From assembly GCF_046119375.1 (NCBI RefSeq), contig NW_027362971.1:2108001-2172000 (forward strand): DNA of 64,000 bases, given 5' to 3'. Both the position numbers and the translations under genes were made by a program. The DNA comes from Phyllobates terribilis (Eukaryota). Below, in pieces: positions 11,516-24,206 of the stretch. Position 1 is the stretch's first letter. Every line of letters starts with the position of its first letter. The notes under the pieces are model-generated. The model searched no databases, had not been told where the DNA came from, and saw only the letters and a list, made by a program, of their open reading frames with translations.

Positions 11516-13639
11516 TTTGCATGTGAATACAAATGCTGATTTCTCAGTAATGGAGGAATGAACCAGCCATGTAAAGTTATTGCTGGACTTGTCTTTGAAA
11601 GAAATAGTTTGAGGTGTGAAATATTGCTGACAGATTTGCTTTAAGTAACAACACTGCGAGGTATTCTTATTGTTTTTGGATATTTCCTTCCTTACTTTAC
11701 AAAACTATTAATTTAGGGGAGCAATATTTTCTCTTTTCCATACACTTTAGTTAAAAATTGTCTGACTACGACAATTTGCTCAATCAACACAATCTGTTTT
11801 TATTCGCCCCGTCCTTTTGTTCTGTAAGCTGCTACCAGGGAAGTCTTACGCTGCTCTCTCCACAGAGAACATAGACTAAATGATGAGACAGTGCATCAAT
11901 ACATATTTACGGATTTATTTACTCTATACACTAAAATATGAACACTGAAACTCATATATGTCCTGGTCAAGTGAATATTCAATATTAATGGTTATATTCT
12001 TGGTTGGGGAGGTCAAAGTACATCACTAACTTAGTCTTTTAATATTTAAAAAACAGATGTAACTTGTTACAAAGGCACAAGTGAGGAAAGAAACAAACAT
12101 GTATAAGAAATATGGCAAAGATAAAGAACAAAGGCAGCGCAGGAGAAACAATCCGCAATGATTAATAATGGACGTCAGACTAAAAAACATGGAACAGCTG
12201 AGCCTAGACAAGACCTTATTAGTGAGCTCACCAAGTGATACCTGATCAGGATGCAGGACGGAGAACCACAGTCATTGTACGCCACAGAAATACTAGGTAA
12301 TGATTAAAAGAAAAAACAGTACTGATTCTAAGTAATAGCTTTGATTTGCTCACAGTAAACAACGTATCAAACGCTTACAAGTTCACATGTTCACGTAATG
12401 AATTGCTGTAGAACAGATCAGCAATTAAGCATAATTATAGCTGCATAGTTTTAAGGTTGCAAGAATACACAAGTCCATCAAGGTTAACCTATAATTGTAA
12501 CATGTTGATCCAGAGGAAGGTAAAACCCCATGAGGAAGATGATAATTGCCACAATATTAGGGGGAAAAAATCCTTTCCGACTCAAGACATGGCAATCAAG
12601 ACTAGTTTCCTTGATCACCGTTCCATAATGGAGTCTTGCATCCATAATCCATTTTTCAAGAAAATAATCCCGGCCCACCATGAACTTAATTAGTTAATTA
12701 ACCATTGCAACATCATATATCATATGATCATACAGCATATGATTTTTAAACCTTCTTTCCTGTAGATGTAGAGGATTCCCCCCTATCATTGCTTCAGCGT
12801 TTTTTTTTTTTCAGGCCTGGGGTGGCGCTTTAAATGTAAGCCCCCCTGCCCTCATTCTTATATTCACCTTCCAGCAGCTTCACCTTTTACCGACGCAACT
12901 CCGGTCCCGCTGTGCCATCTTGAGCCCATAACTTCTGACTGGCCAGAAGTCAGAAGTTACGTCACAAGCTCTCAATACAAGTCTATGAGAGCCAAAGCAA
13001 GGCCAGAACGAGGCTCTCATAGACTTGTATTGAAAAGTGACTTCAGAAGCGCTACAGCAGACACTGGAGCGCAACCGCAGGTTACTTTTCGCCAGAGATG
13101 GACTGGAGCATTGCTGGAAAAGAATGAAGGGGACGACAGGGGAGTATGAGACAGGGGGCAGGGGAATTACATTTAAAGTACCACTCCAGCAGTGCAATAT
13201 CAAAAACCACGCTGGAGTGGTGCTTTAAAAACATTTCTGTACTGTCCCTTCATATATTTGTACATTGTAACATGGTTGCCCCTAAGCCATCATTTTTCTA
13301 AACTGAGTAATCCCAGGTTTAATAACCTGTCTTGGCAGGAGCGGATATAGCCAGAAGTGGACCCCGATGCAAAAATAATATATGGGCCCTTTGCAATACA
13401 ATAGCTTATCGTAATGCACAGTTCCAGCTGCTTTAGAGATGGTAGTGGCCCTCTTACCTCTTGGGCTCCCGTGCGGCTGCACAGGTTTCACCAATACTAT
13501 GTCCCCCCCTCTGCCTCGGTTTTGCAGTTTTGCCCATTGCCTTAATAACCTGGTTTGCTCTTCTCTGCAACCGCTCTAGTTCTGCTGTGCCCTTACATTC
13601 TCATGGCCAACATTATACACACAGTATTATAAGTGCGGC

Positions 13640-14731
13640 TGTAACGGGTCTGGGAGGTGGAACCTCTGAGCAACTATACAAAGGGGCAGTCCTTGTAAGG
13701 AAGCGGGTGGCTCCCAGGGAAGGCGGGCAGGTAGTCACGGCAAGTGACAGGGACAGTCTCTGGGTAGAAGGGCAGGAGGTCACGGCAAGTGACGGGGACA
13801 GTCTCTAGATGGGCAGGTGGTCACGGCAAGTGACGGCAGAGCCTCCAGGTAGGCTAGCAGGCAGGTAGCAGGTGAACGCTCCCAGGTGAGTGGGCAAGAG
13901 TCTCTGGACAGGCAGGTGGTCACAGCAAGTGACGGATAAGCCTCCAGGTAGGCTAGCAGGTAGGTAGCAGGTGAGCGCTCCCAGGTGAGCGAGTAAGAGT
14001 CTCTGGACTGGCAGGTGGTCACAGCAAGTGACGGCTAAGCCTCCAGGTAGGCTAGCAGGCAGGTAGCAGGTGAGCGCTCCCAGGTGAGCGAGTAAGAGTC
14101 TCTGGACTGGCAGGTGGTCACAGCAAGTGACGGCTAAGCCTCCAGGTAGGCTATCAGGCAGGTAGCAGGTGAGCGCTCCCAGGTGAGCGAGTAAGAGTCT
14201 CTGGACAGGCAGGTGGTCACGGCAAGTGACGGCTAAGCCTCCAGGTAGGCTATCAGGCAGGTAGCAGGTGAGCGCTCCCAGGTGAGCGAGTAAGAGTCTC
14301 TGGACAGGCAGGCAGGTATCAGGCAGATATCTGGCAGGTACTTCCTGGTCCGCAGACGGACAGATCCATAGACAGACTGGCAGGTGCTGGTAGGCAGACT
14401 GTCGGACCACAGGATTGCAAGCAGGTAAGCAGATATCAGGCAGGTATCAGGCAGGTATCAAGCAGGAATCTGGCAGGTGACTGGCAGGTAAGTGGCAACG
14501 GGACCTGAGGGCTGAAGCAGAGTTGAAAGGCTTTGCAACAACATTGCTCGGGCACCTCCATTTTGGAGGAGGTGCCTTATATATGGTGAGGTCCTCCGGC
14601 CATTGGCCGGGGACTCCTTAGGACGGCGCGCGCGGCCCCTTTAAGAGAGGGAGGAAGCCGCCGGGCACGGAGCGGAGAGGTGAGGGGAACGGCGTCCCTG
14701 TCTGGCAGGAGGCAGGGACGCCAACGCTACA
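13640..14731. mobile_element. Solo LTR (Gypsy/BEL/ERV-type), 1092 bp
   Basis: TG...CA termini (TGTAAC...GCTACA) with 5-bp TSD GCGGC at 13635-13639 and 14732-14736. Confidence 0.8.
13812..14306 (+). repeat. 99-bp tandem repeat x5 inside the solo LTR
   Basis: Units start GGCAGGTGGTCAC at 13812, 13911, 14010, 14109 and 14208. Confidence 0.9.
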
Positions 14732-17510
14732 GCGGCTGCACTAATGACTTGTATAAGGGCAAAACTATATTTTGTGCTTAGCACATATGCTTCGGTGATT
14801 TTATTTTTCTTGGTACTGATCAATAGAGTTTATTGTCCATCAATACCACCCAAATATTTTTAATTGACATTGTTTTACTATTTAGTACATACTTGTACAA
14901 ATGTTACATTTATCTACATTAGACTTCGATTGCCATTTTTTGGCCCAAGCTTGCACCTTCCTCAAATCCGTCTGTAATAAAAAAAATTATCCTCCTCTGT
15001 GTTGATTACTTACCAAAGTTTTGTATCATCTGCAAATATTGAAATTGTACTGAGTGTATCCTCCAAGATCATTAATAAATATTGCTAAATAATGAAGACT
15101 ATCACGCTAAACAGCTTGTTATGAAAGCAAGAAAAGAATTGAAAAAGGTTTTGTCAGAGTGAGGTAGATCGTTATGCTAGTACACATAGAACAATAGAAA
15201 AAAAAAAGAGGCAGTGCTGTGATAGTAAAATATATTAATACAGTATATGCTAATAGCAGTTGAAACAATTAGACACAAAGGATAATAAAATGTGCGCTGG
15301 TCAGATAATATTGCAGACAGTTCTTAGACAAAAAAAGGTTGATTGGTCCTTGGTACAGGAAAATAACAGTCTTAGATGTCCAAATAAATGTATAAAAACC
15401 TTGCTTAAAAAATGGAAAATAAGAGTAAAGTCATACGGTTTGGAGGGGTTGGATCATCATAATCCAGAGAAGGATGGGAGTGAATGGGCGTCTTCAGCGC
15501 TCCTGCGCGTGTTGAAGTCCAGGTGGTGCAGCGTAATGCTGGAAGATGTCCTAGGAAGCAATGAGACCAGGACGCTCCAGCCGGTAACGTCCCTGATAAC
15601 CACGCGGCTGTGAGGGTAAGCGGTGTATGATGTCAGCGCTGGGCAGTACAAAGTCCTGCGGTGTCCAAATAGCCAAAACCAACGTATTTCGGGGTATCAC
15701 AGCTCCCCTGCCTAAGGGTATGCTGGCTTAACAGCCGCAGGATGAGTTATATAGCTGGTGTCCCTGTCCCCCACCTAATTGGTGCTGAAGTGAAAAAAAA
15801 AAAAAGGGAATCCTTATTCATGAAAGTAGTAGTGATGACAGGCACATTAAGATTAAAATGAAGTATATATTTACATAGAGTAATGTAAAAGTTATTTTAA
15901 TTTTAAAATGAATAAATGAATAGATGTGCATGAGTCCTCTTTGGATTCGGCTTTGGACATCTGCCCCAAAAAATCGCCACCTCGCTATTGTTTTGGTACA
16001 GTTTGAATTTCATAAAAATTGAGACCTTTATAGGATTGATTGTGCACTTTTTTAAAAAGGTGGGATGGGATGGGGTCATTAATAAATATATTAAAATGAA
16101 GAGGGTCCAATACTGACCCCTGTGGTAACATACTGTTAACTGTGAACCAGAGTGTGTTCCATAAATAATTACCTTCTGTTTCTATTTTACTTTAGAGCTA
16201 GTATCAGGAACATTGTATACTGTCAGTAAAAGTTGCCTGATGACGTTGACCCCTTACAAAAACCGTTTATGGCATAAAAATTATTTCGAGAGATGTGTGA
16301 TAATATAGAGTACTTATATTTAACTGACCTAGAACTAGGCACAGTTATGTGAATATGGAGAACATCTGAAAAATATTTTGTCATTTGCAATGTTTGAAAG
16401 TTTTCTGCCAGAATAAAAGTTTTTGTAAATGTAATATGATTAGGAATATGATTCTTCTATGGAGCTTATAGTTTAAAGGATGTTTTGCCATAAGGATGTC
16501 ATGGGAAATGTAGGTATATGTTAATCATAAAACAACTTAATCCTATCCAGACTTTACAAAAATTGAGGCTGGAAAGATTTCATAAATCTCACAGATGTTG
16601 GAACATTCATCACTCACTACAAATCCCTGTCTCATTTCAAATTATTACATTCTGCTGGATTGTCATTCCGTTTTCATCTAGAAATTAAATTTTAGTTATG
16701 ATAGCGGAAGAAGGCAAATATGAAAAAGTGAAGAAAAGTAAGCAAAGGAATTATAGATGTCTGATACGATTTGCCAAAAATCTAATGTCTGTCTCCCGAA
16801 TGTTTTTACAGTTTGTACAACTTTACTTTACATTTTCATAGGTTTACTTATCTTGTACTTTAACCCCTTACATGGGTAGTCCCATCTCCAAGATCCTATC
16901 TGAATATTTAGTAGGTGTAATAATAATAATATTAGCAAATACCTCCAATTAGAAATGTAGTATAGTTCTTCTGATTCATTAGGTCGCTTAACCCATGTGC
17001 AGGGCATTGCAGTAGCTTACCTATCCATGGTTATGAACATTAACAGCTAACTAACTGTCACTATATGAGTGGTTGCAACCATGGATACCAAAGCTACTGC
17101 AATGCCCTGCACATAGGGTAAGCGACATAGCGAATCAGAAGAACTATACTACACTTCTAAATGGTGGTATTTGCTAATATTATCATATCTACTATATATT
17201 GGGATAGGATTTTAGAGATGGGAATACCCCTTTAAGAACTCAGACAATTTTGACTTTTTTTGCATTATCATCTTTTCCTTTGTTCCAAGAGACAGATCTT
17301 TTTGTTATTTTTCAACTGACATAGCCACATCAGGGACTGTTTTTTTTTCAGAACAAGTTGTATTTGAGAGTCCAGATAGCATTGGCCAGATGTGTATGAG
17401 TTACCCAGCAAAATAACATACTAGGGTTTGTCACAGAGTCCAAGAAGAACGGTCTAGTGATGTAGCAGACTTACTTAGTGTTATAACAGAGCTGTGTTTG
17501 TCAGTGAGTC

Positions 17511-18338
17511 TGTCACACCTGCAGGTGGTGTACGTGGTTCGTGGACCCACTGTGCCACAGGGCCGGGCCTGTCTAGGAAGAGGCGTAGCTAAATGGCTAC
17601 CTGGTGTTCACTGGAGCTCTTGATGGTGGAAACAGGCTGGGCTGCAGGTAGCCGCCAGGTACCACTCCTAGGCAGATCCTGGTACTGCAGCTGCTGAACC
17701 CGGGGGTCAGGTTCGCTGTCACAGACTCGGCCGAGTTCAGACTGGGCTGATTCGCGGACTGGTTTTAGCAGTCCGGATACATGGAATACTAGGATAGGCA
17801 CACGTACAGACATATGGGTCTCGGATAATGGTACTGGCACCGGTCGTACATGGACAGGGGTACGAGGTTCAGGCACTGGCTACACATGGGCTAGGGGTTC
17901 AGGTTCAGGACTGGCCATGCAAGGAACAGGGGTTCTGGTTCAGGACTGGCTACACAAGGACAATGGGTTCGGGTTCAGGACACTGGCCACGCAAGGACCA
18001 GGGGACCTAACAACTCACTAGTAGGAGAAACTACACACTAATGAATACTGTTGCTTCGACGACTCCCTTTAGGGGGAGGGATCCTTATATACAAGATGCC
18101 TCCCAGCAATTGGCTCTGGCCATTTTACTATGTGCATGCTGCCCCTTTAAGAACAGGGGAGCGCACGCGCACACTAGGCTTGCTGCCAGGAAGTGTGGAG
18201 TACACAAACAGAAGGCATGCTGTTAGGAACTGACCAAGGCAGAACTGGGAAGAACTCCACTGAATATCAAATAATGAATACTCAGGTGGCTTCACACTGC
18301 CGAAGGAATGCTAAATGGTCCAGAAGGGTAATGTCACA
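17511..18338. mobile_element. Probable degenerate solo LTR with short GGTTCAGGACTGGC repeats
   Basis: TGTCAC... start and ...GTCACA end, with a layout similar to the 13640 LTR. No TSD found. Confidence 0.4.
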
Positions 18339-19949
18339 GCAGTGTGTTGGGTTGTCGCAACAATCTGGTGTGCAGAGGAACAGGGGGAGCCGACGTCAAC
18401 AAGAGGAAGATGTAGTGTCTGGTGATGAATCTCGGGTAGTTGAAAGTAACAGCTCTCCTATAGCCACTCACCTGTTTTTAGAGCAAAATCTCCTAAGGCT
18501 CCAGGGCAAGAGTAAAACCCCTGCACCTATTGTAGCTATACCCTTGGCATAGAACTATAGGTATATGGATGTGATGATTAAGGGAATAGCACAAAAAAAA
18601 TGGAGAATTGGTGGTATATATTTTTACAGCTCTATTCGGCCAATTAAAAAAAGTGACGGCTATCGGAATTAACTGCAAACGAAACAATACGCAGCGCTCT
18701 TAAAGGGTTTGACCCCTTCATATACGGCACAAGTCGGAAACGAGTGTATTGAGGGGGATCACAGGATGAGCCCGCTCCATATTCGACAGGTGATGGCTGT
18801 GTGTTACAGCCAGGACCAGCCTCTAACAATTGCAGGTGGTGTAAATTGATTGTTAACATGTTAAATGCCATTGTCAAACTGTAACAGAGGCATTTAACAC
18901 ACGCCAGCATAAGGGCACGTCATTCCATACACTCATTGGCGCACCTGTGACGTGATCGCGGGTCGCCGATGGGTTGACAGCCGGGGGTCTGTTGAAGACC
19001 TCCATGCTTGTCATTACAGAGCTCCCTTGCAACCCAGCCTGTGGCCGGGCTTCAAGGGAGACTGTGATATCTGCTATATACAGCAATGTTGTGGCATCAC
19101 TGTATATAGCACAAGCGATCAGATGATCGCAGCTTCAAGACCCCTAAGAGGACTAACAAGAACCCCCACAAAAAATAAGCCATCACACAGCTCCATCAAC
19201 TAAAAAATAAAAATGTTATGGGCCTCCGAAAATGGTAACACAACCCCAATGTTGGGTATCGCCATAATCGCATTGATGAGGAGAATCATACTGCAATGTC
19301 ATTTTTACCGCAATATGTACACCGTAAACACAATTCCCAAAAAACAATGTCAGAATTGCATTTTTTTTTTTGCAATTTCTGCACACTTGGAATTTCTTTC
19401 CCATTTTTGAGTACACTATGTGGTAAAATTAATAATGTCATTCAAAAGTACAACTCATTGAGTGACAGGACACCGCTCAGTGAGCTCAGCGCAGTTCAGG
19501 GGTCCGTTCGCTGCAGCGAGTCATTCTATCCTGCTCCTCAGTGTGTGCAGTCACCTGGTGGTCAGATGGATTACAGTGTGGGACACTGGATTTTTTCAAC
19601 TTTGCACAGGTGAGTATAAGGATTTTTTTTTATTTAACTTTTACACTTGCCGGACACAGCGGGGGCAGAATACAACTCTCACCATTGTCCCCTGCTGGTG
19701 CTGATCGCAGCGCAAGCAGGGGACAATGATGAAAGATTCCTTCAGCACCCGGCGCTTGGGAACAGCACAAACTGTACCACTGATTCCCAGGCGGCGATAC
19801 GTGTGATGCTGATGCGGCACATGTATGCCACACATATGCCACACAGGTAGACACAGATATCGCCGGTACTGGTGAAAGAGCCCTAACAAAGCATGTGAAC
19901 AGCGACTTGCAGACCTGTTACTATATAAGGCGAGAGCAGAACATCGTTT

Positions 19950-20480
19950 TCCTCACTGACAGCTTCCAATCCAGCCACCAGATTGTGTTATGTAACAGGA
20001 AAAATGGCGTCCATGGAAAGCCCCGCCCACCGCCTCGGGGCACAGAGAATACAGACAGCTGATAATGTCTTCTTCACACGGGCGGCCATCTTTATGGAGA
20101 CCTGAGCGGTTACACTCCCGTGGCGCCTGACTGTCATCAGACTTGTAAGCGGGGCCGCGCACACAGGAGACACCGGGGAGAGCGGCTGTGCCTCACACTG
20201 CGGATCAGGAGGACGCTCTGCGACACCGCCGTCAGCTCATAGGCTGCTGGAGAGACCGAGAAGCGTCATGGATACACAGGAGAGTCCCGGGGACGTGTGC
20301 AAGGTATCACTGAGCACAGTGTCAGTAAGTCATCGTGTGCAGCACTGTCACCGCAGCTCATGTCAGGTGCGCACGTCCTGGGTTACATACAGGTTAGATA
20401 ATGTGTCAGTGCTCTGATCCCGGCCGTGCGTCCCAAGACTTCAAGTTCATGGCCGAGCGAAGCGGGGCGTCCCGGGGTGT
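19950..20480. promoter_or_regulatory. CpG-rich CCS promoter / first exon region with YY1-like motifs
   Basis: High CpG density. AAAATGGCG at 20001 (+) and GGCGGCCATCTT at 20081-20092 (YY1 consensus on the minus strand). Confidence 0.6.
20268..20303 (+). CDS. CCS: Copper chaperone for superoxide dismutase, exon 1
   Basis: ATG GAT ACA...TGC AAG|GTATCA, encoding MDTQESPGDVCK. Phase 0, fits exon 2. Confidence 0.8.
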
Positions 20481-20544
20481 AGGGTCCAGGTGAGCGCTGA
20501 GTGTCCCAGGATGTGGGGTCCCAGGGTGTAGTGTCTCAGGGTAT

Positions 20545-21310
20545 AGGGTCCAGGCGCGCGCGGGGCGTCCCAGGGTGTGGGGGGGGGTCCAGGCGCGCGC
20601 GGGGCGTCCCAGGGTGTGGGGGGGGGTCCAGGCGCGCGCGGGGCGTCCCAGGGTGTGGGGGGGGGTCCAGGCGCGCGCGGGGCGTCCCAGGGTGTGGGGG
20701 GGGGTCCAGGCGCGCGCGGGGCGTCCCAGGGTGTGGGGGGGTCCAGGCGCGCGCGGGGCGTCCCAGGGTGTGGGGGGGGTCCAGGCGCGCGCGGGGCTTC
20801 CCAGGGTGTGGGGGGGTCCAGGCGCGCGCGGGGCGTCCCAGGGTGTGTGGGGGGGGTCCAGGCGCGCGCGGGGCGTCCCAGGGTGTGGGGGGGGGTCCAG
20901 GCGCGCGCGGGGCGTCCCAGGGTGTGGGGGGGGGGGTCCAGGCGCGCTCGGGGCGTCCCAGGGTGTGGGGGGGTCCAGGCGCGCGCGGGGCGTCCCAGGG
21001 TGTGGGGGGGTCCAGGCGCGCTCGGGGCGTCCCAGGGTGTGGGGGGGTCCAGGCGCGCGCGGGGCGTCCCAGGGTGTGGGGGGTTCCAGGCGCGCGCGGG
21101 GCGTCCCAGGGTGTGGGGGGGTCCAGGCGCGCGCGGGGCGTCCCAGGGTGTGGGGGGGTCCAGGCGCACGCGGGGCGTCCCAGGGTGTGGGGGTTTCTAG
21201 GCGCGCGCGGGGCGTCCCAGGGTGTGGGGGGGTCCAGGTGCTCGCGGGGCGTCCCAGGGTGTGGGGGGGTCCAGGCGCGCGCGGGGCGTCCCAGGGTGTG
21301 GGGTCCAGGC
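20545..21310 (+). repeat. G-rich CpG VNTR, ~38-43-bp unit, ~19-20 copies, in CCS intron 1
   Basis: Core GTCCAGGCGCGCGCGGGGCGTCCCAGGGTGT followed by a variable G run. Confidence 0.95.
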
Positions 21311-21554
21311 GAGTGCACTTTTTCTACTGAGGGTCTTGAATAATTCTCTCCTGTATGTGGCTACATCATTTTACAGCTGTATATAGATTAGGTCTTATAG
21401 TAAGAGGGAGCGCCCCCTGCAAGTATGCCAAACTAGCTGTGGTCACGGCGCGCCTTTCCTAAATAAACTGTTGCTTATTGTACATTGTTAATCTCACCAC
21501 CAATATGCTATTTATTTTCTCCCATTTTCTGATTCTTTTTTTCTTATTTGCTAG

Positions 21555-21627
21555 TTGGAGTTTGCAGTTCAGATGACTTGCGAAAAATGCGTCCTTGCAA
21601 TAAAGACCTCCTTACAGGATGTAAAAG
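21555..21627 (+). CDS. CCS: CCS exon 2 (Atx1-like domain I)
   Basis: ctag|TTG GAG TTT GCA..., encoding LEFAVQMTCEKC (MxCxxC copper site). 73 nt, donor G|GTAAAG. Confidence 0.95.
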
Positions 21628-21676
21628 GTAAAGGACAACCCGAACATCATCATTCTTATGATGAGCCTAATTGTAA

Positions 21677-22866
21677 GCCCTTCATCCCCAGGCCATTTTC
21701 CATTTTTTTTGTTGCATTGTCGTTTTTTCCTCCCCTTCTTCCACGAGCCATAACTTCTTTATTTTTCTGTCAATATTGCCGTCTGAGGGCTTGTTTCTTG
21801 CAGGACGAGGTGAAATTGCAAAAAAAAAGTGCAATTCCATAATTTCTTTAATTTTTTTTTTATTTACCATGTTCACTATATGGTAAAACTGACCTGTCAA
21901 TGTGATTCTTCAGGTCTGTACAAGTACACAGATACCAAACATGTATAGTTTTTTTTTTTTTTTTTAAGTGGTGAAAACAAAAAATTGTAAAACTTCTATG
22001 AAAAATTTTTTTTTTGCTTTTGTCGCCATTTTGTGAGACCCATAGCGTCTCCATTTTTCAGGGTGTGGGGCCGGGTGAGAGCTTATTTTTTTGTTCCCTG
22101 AGCTGATGTTTTTATTGATACCATTTTGGGGTAGATACGATGTTTTGATTGCCTCTTATTGCATTTTATTGAAATGTTGCAGCGACCAAAAAAAACTAAT
22201 TCTGGTGTTTCGATTCCTTTTCTTGTTACATCGTTTACTGATCTGATTAATTTCATATTTTGATAGATCGGACATTTTTGATCTAAATGTGTTTTTTTTA
22301 TTTTCAATGAGGCATAAGGGGGGTGATTTGAACTTTTGTGTGTTTTTGTTTATTTTTTCATATTTTTTAAAAACCGTTTTTTTTTTTAAACTGTTTTTAT
22401 TAGTGCCCTTAGGAGACTTGAAGCAACGATCGTTTGATCGCCGGTGCTATACATAGTGCATCAGCACTGCTATATATAACAGAAATCACAATCTCATATG
22501 AATGTCGGCCACAAGCCGGCGTTCACAGGAGTATCGTAATGACAGACATGGGGGTCTTCTGCAGACCTTCGGCTGTAATGGCAACCCATTGGCGCCCCTC
22601 CCCCCTGATCACGTGACGGGGTGCCGATGGGCGGCCGGAATGACGTGCTTCCGACAGGGCGCATGCTAAATCACCCTTTCAGAGATTGACAGCGGGATTT
22701 AACTGGTTATTTGGGTGGAGCTCCAATCCTGTGCTGTTAAAGGCACATGATGGCTGATTAAATCAGCTGTCATGTGCGGGAAAAGATGTGGGCTCAGCGT
22801 CGGAGCCCACATCAAAGTCAAGGACATGACAGATGACGTAAATATACATCATATGTCAAGAAGGGG
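21677..22866. mobile_element. Non-autonomous piggyBac-like element
   Basis: Ends ...AAGGGG|TTAA at 22866. Left end is degenerate (gtaa|gcccttca). Related to 22958-24206 in the opposite orientation. Confidence 0.65.
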
Positions 22867-22957
22867 TTAAAATGAAGAATAAACACTGAGGAGCCGAACA
22901 AGTAAAGCCAGAATCACACTGGCAGTTTTTTTACGCCAAAGTCAGAAGTGGATTTAA

Positions 22958-24206
22958 CCCCTTTCCGACCTGGTCAGTAATAGTGCGCACCAGGTCGAGA
23001 AGGCCGGTTCAGCTGGGGCTCCGGCGCTGAGCCTGCACTGAACCGAGCACGCAACAGCCACGGGTGGAATCGCGATCCACCCGCGGCTGTTAACATGTTA
23101 AATGCCGCTGTCAATCTCTGACAGCGGCATTTAACTCGCGCTTCCGGGAAGCGCGTCCTAAGCCCCGCCCATCGGTGACCCCGTCACGTGATCGCGGGTC
23201 ACCAATGGATGGACATGACTACCCAGGGTCTGCAGCAGACACCTTTGGTTGTCATGTCTCAATTGCTATGAGCGCCACCTAGTGGTCAGCGCTTATAGCA
23301 AGTGAGCATTTCTCCTGCATACAAGCGATCTGCTCATCGCTTGTATGCAGTAGAAGCAATCAGAAAACTGCTGCTTCTAGTCTCCTATGGAGACTATAGA
23401 AGCAAGCAGAAAGTGTAAAAAAAAAAAAAAAAAAAGCGAAATGTTTTTTTAAAAAAATATAAAAGTTTAAATCACCACCCTTTCGCCCCATTCAAAATAA
23501 AATATGTATATTTATATAAAACCACATACACATTTGGTATCGCTGCGTTCAGAATCGCCTGATCTATCAATATAAAAGAAGAATTAATCCGATCAGTAAA
23601 CGGCGTAACGAGAAAAAAATTCTAAACGCCAGAATTACGTTTTTTTTGGTCGCTGCAACATTGCAATAAAATGCAATAACGGGAGATCAAAACATCGGAT
23701 CTACCCCAAAATGGTATCAATAAAAACGTCAGCCCGGCGCGCAAAAAATAAGCCCTCACCCGGCCCCAGATCCCGAAAAATGGAGACGCTACGGGTCTCG
23801 GAAAATGGCGCCTTTTTTTTTTTTTAAAGCAAACTTTGGATTTTTTTTTCACCACTTAAATAAAAAAGAACCTATACATGTTTGGTGTCTACGAACTCAT
23901 AATGACCTGGAGAATAAGAATGGCAGGTCAGTTTTAGCAATCAGTGAACGTGGAAAAAAAAGGACCCAAAAAACAACTGTGGAATTGCATTTTTTTTGCA
24001 GTTTCGCCGCACTTGGAATTTTTTTCCCGTTTTCCAGCACACGATATGGTAAAACCAGTGATGGCGTTTAAAAGTACAAATCGTCCCGCAAAAAATAAGC
24101 TCTTACACGGCCATATTGAACGAAAATTAAAAAAGTTCTTGCTCTGGGAAGTAGGGGAGCAAAAAATGAAAACACAAAAACAGAAAGACCCAAAGTCATT
24201 AAGGGG
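22958..24206. mobile_element. Non-autonomous piggyBac-like element; related fragments at ~18590-19440 and ~53310-54415
   Basis: TTAA|CCCCTTT ... AAGGGG|TTAA, with TTAA at 22954-22957 and 24207-24210. Confidence 0.75.

Larger units (their letters stand above)
12455..16180 (-). mobile_element. Scattered CR1-like LINE fragments (about 12455-12770, 14940-15085, 16075-16180) interrupted by younger insertions
   Basis: Minus-strand translations PQGSVLDPLHFNIFIND (~16080-16130) and IFADDTKL (~15020-15042). 12455-12770 resembles a CR1 3' end. Boundaries are approximate. Confidence 0.55.

Noticed and set aside
13805-14410. 201-aa repetitive ORF
   Set aside because: Translation of the 99-bp LTR array (33-aa period) with no protein-family features.
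9700-19900. CCDC87, the human head-to-head neighbour of CCS
   Set aside because: No long minus-strand ORF or recognisable remnant; the interval is mostly TE fragments.
20447-21343. Five overlapping 200-280 aa ORFs
   Set aside because: Translations of the intron 1 VNTR in multiple frames; no codon structure or domain.
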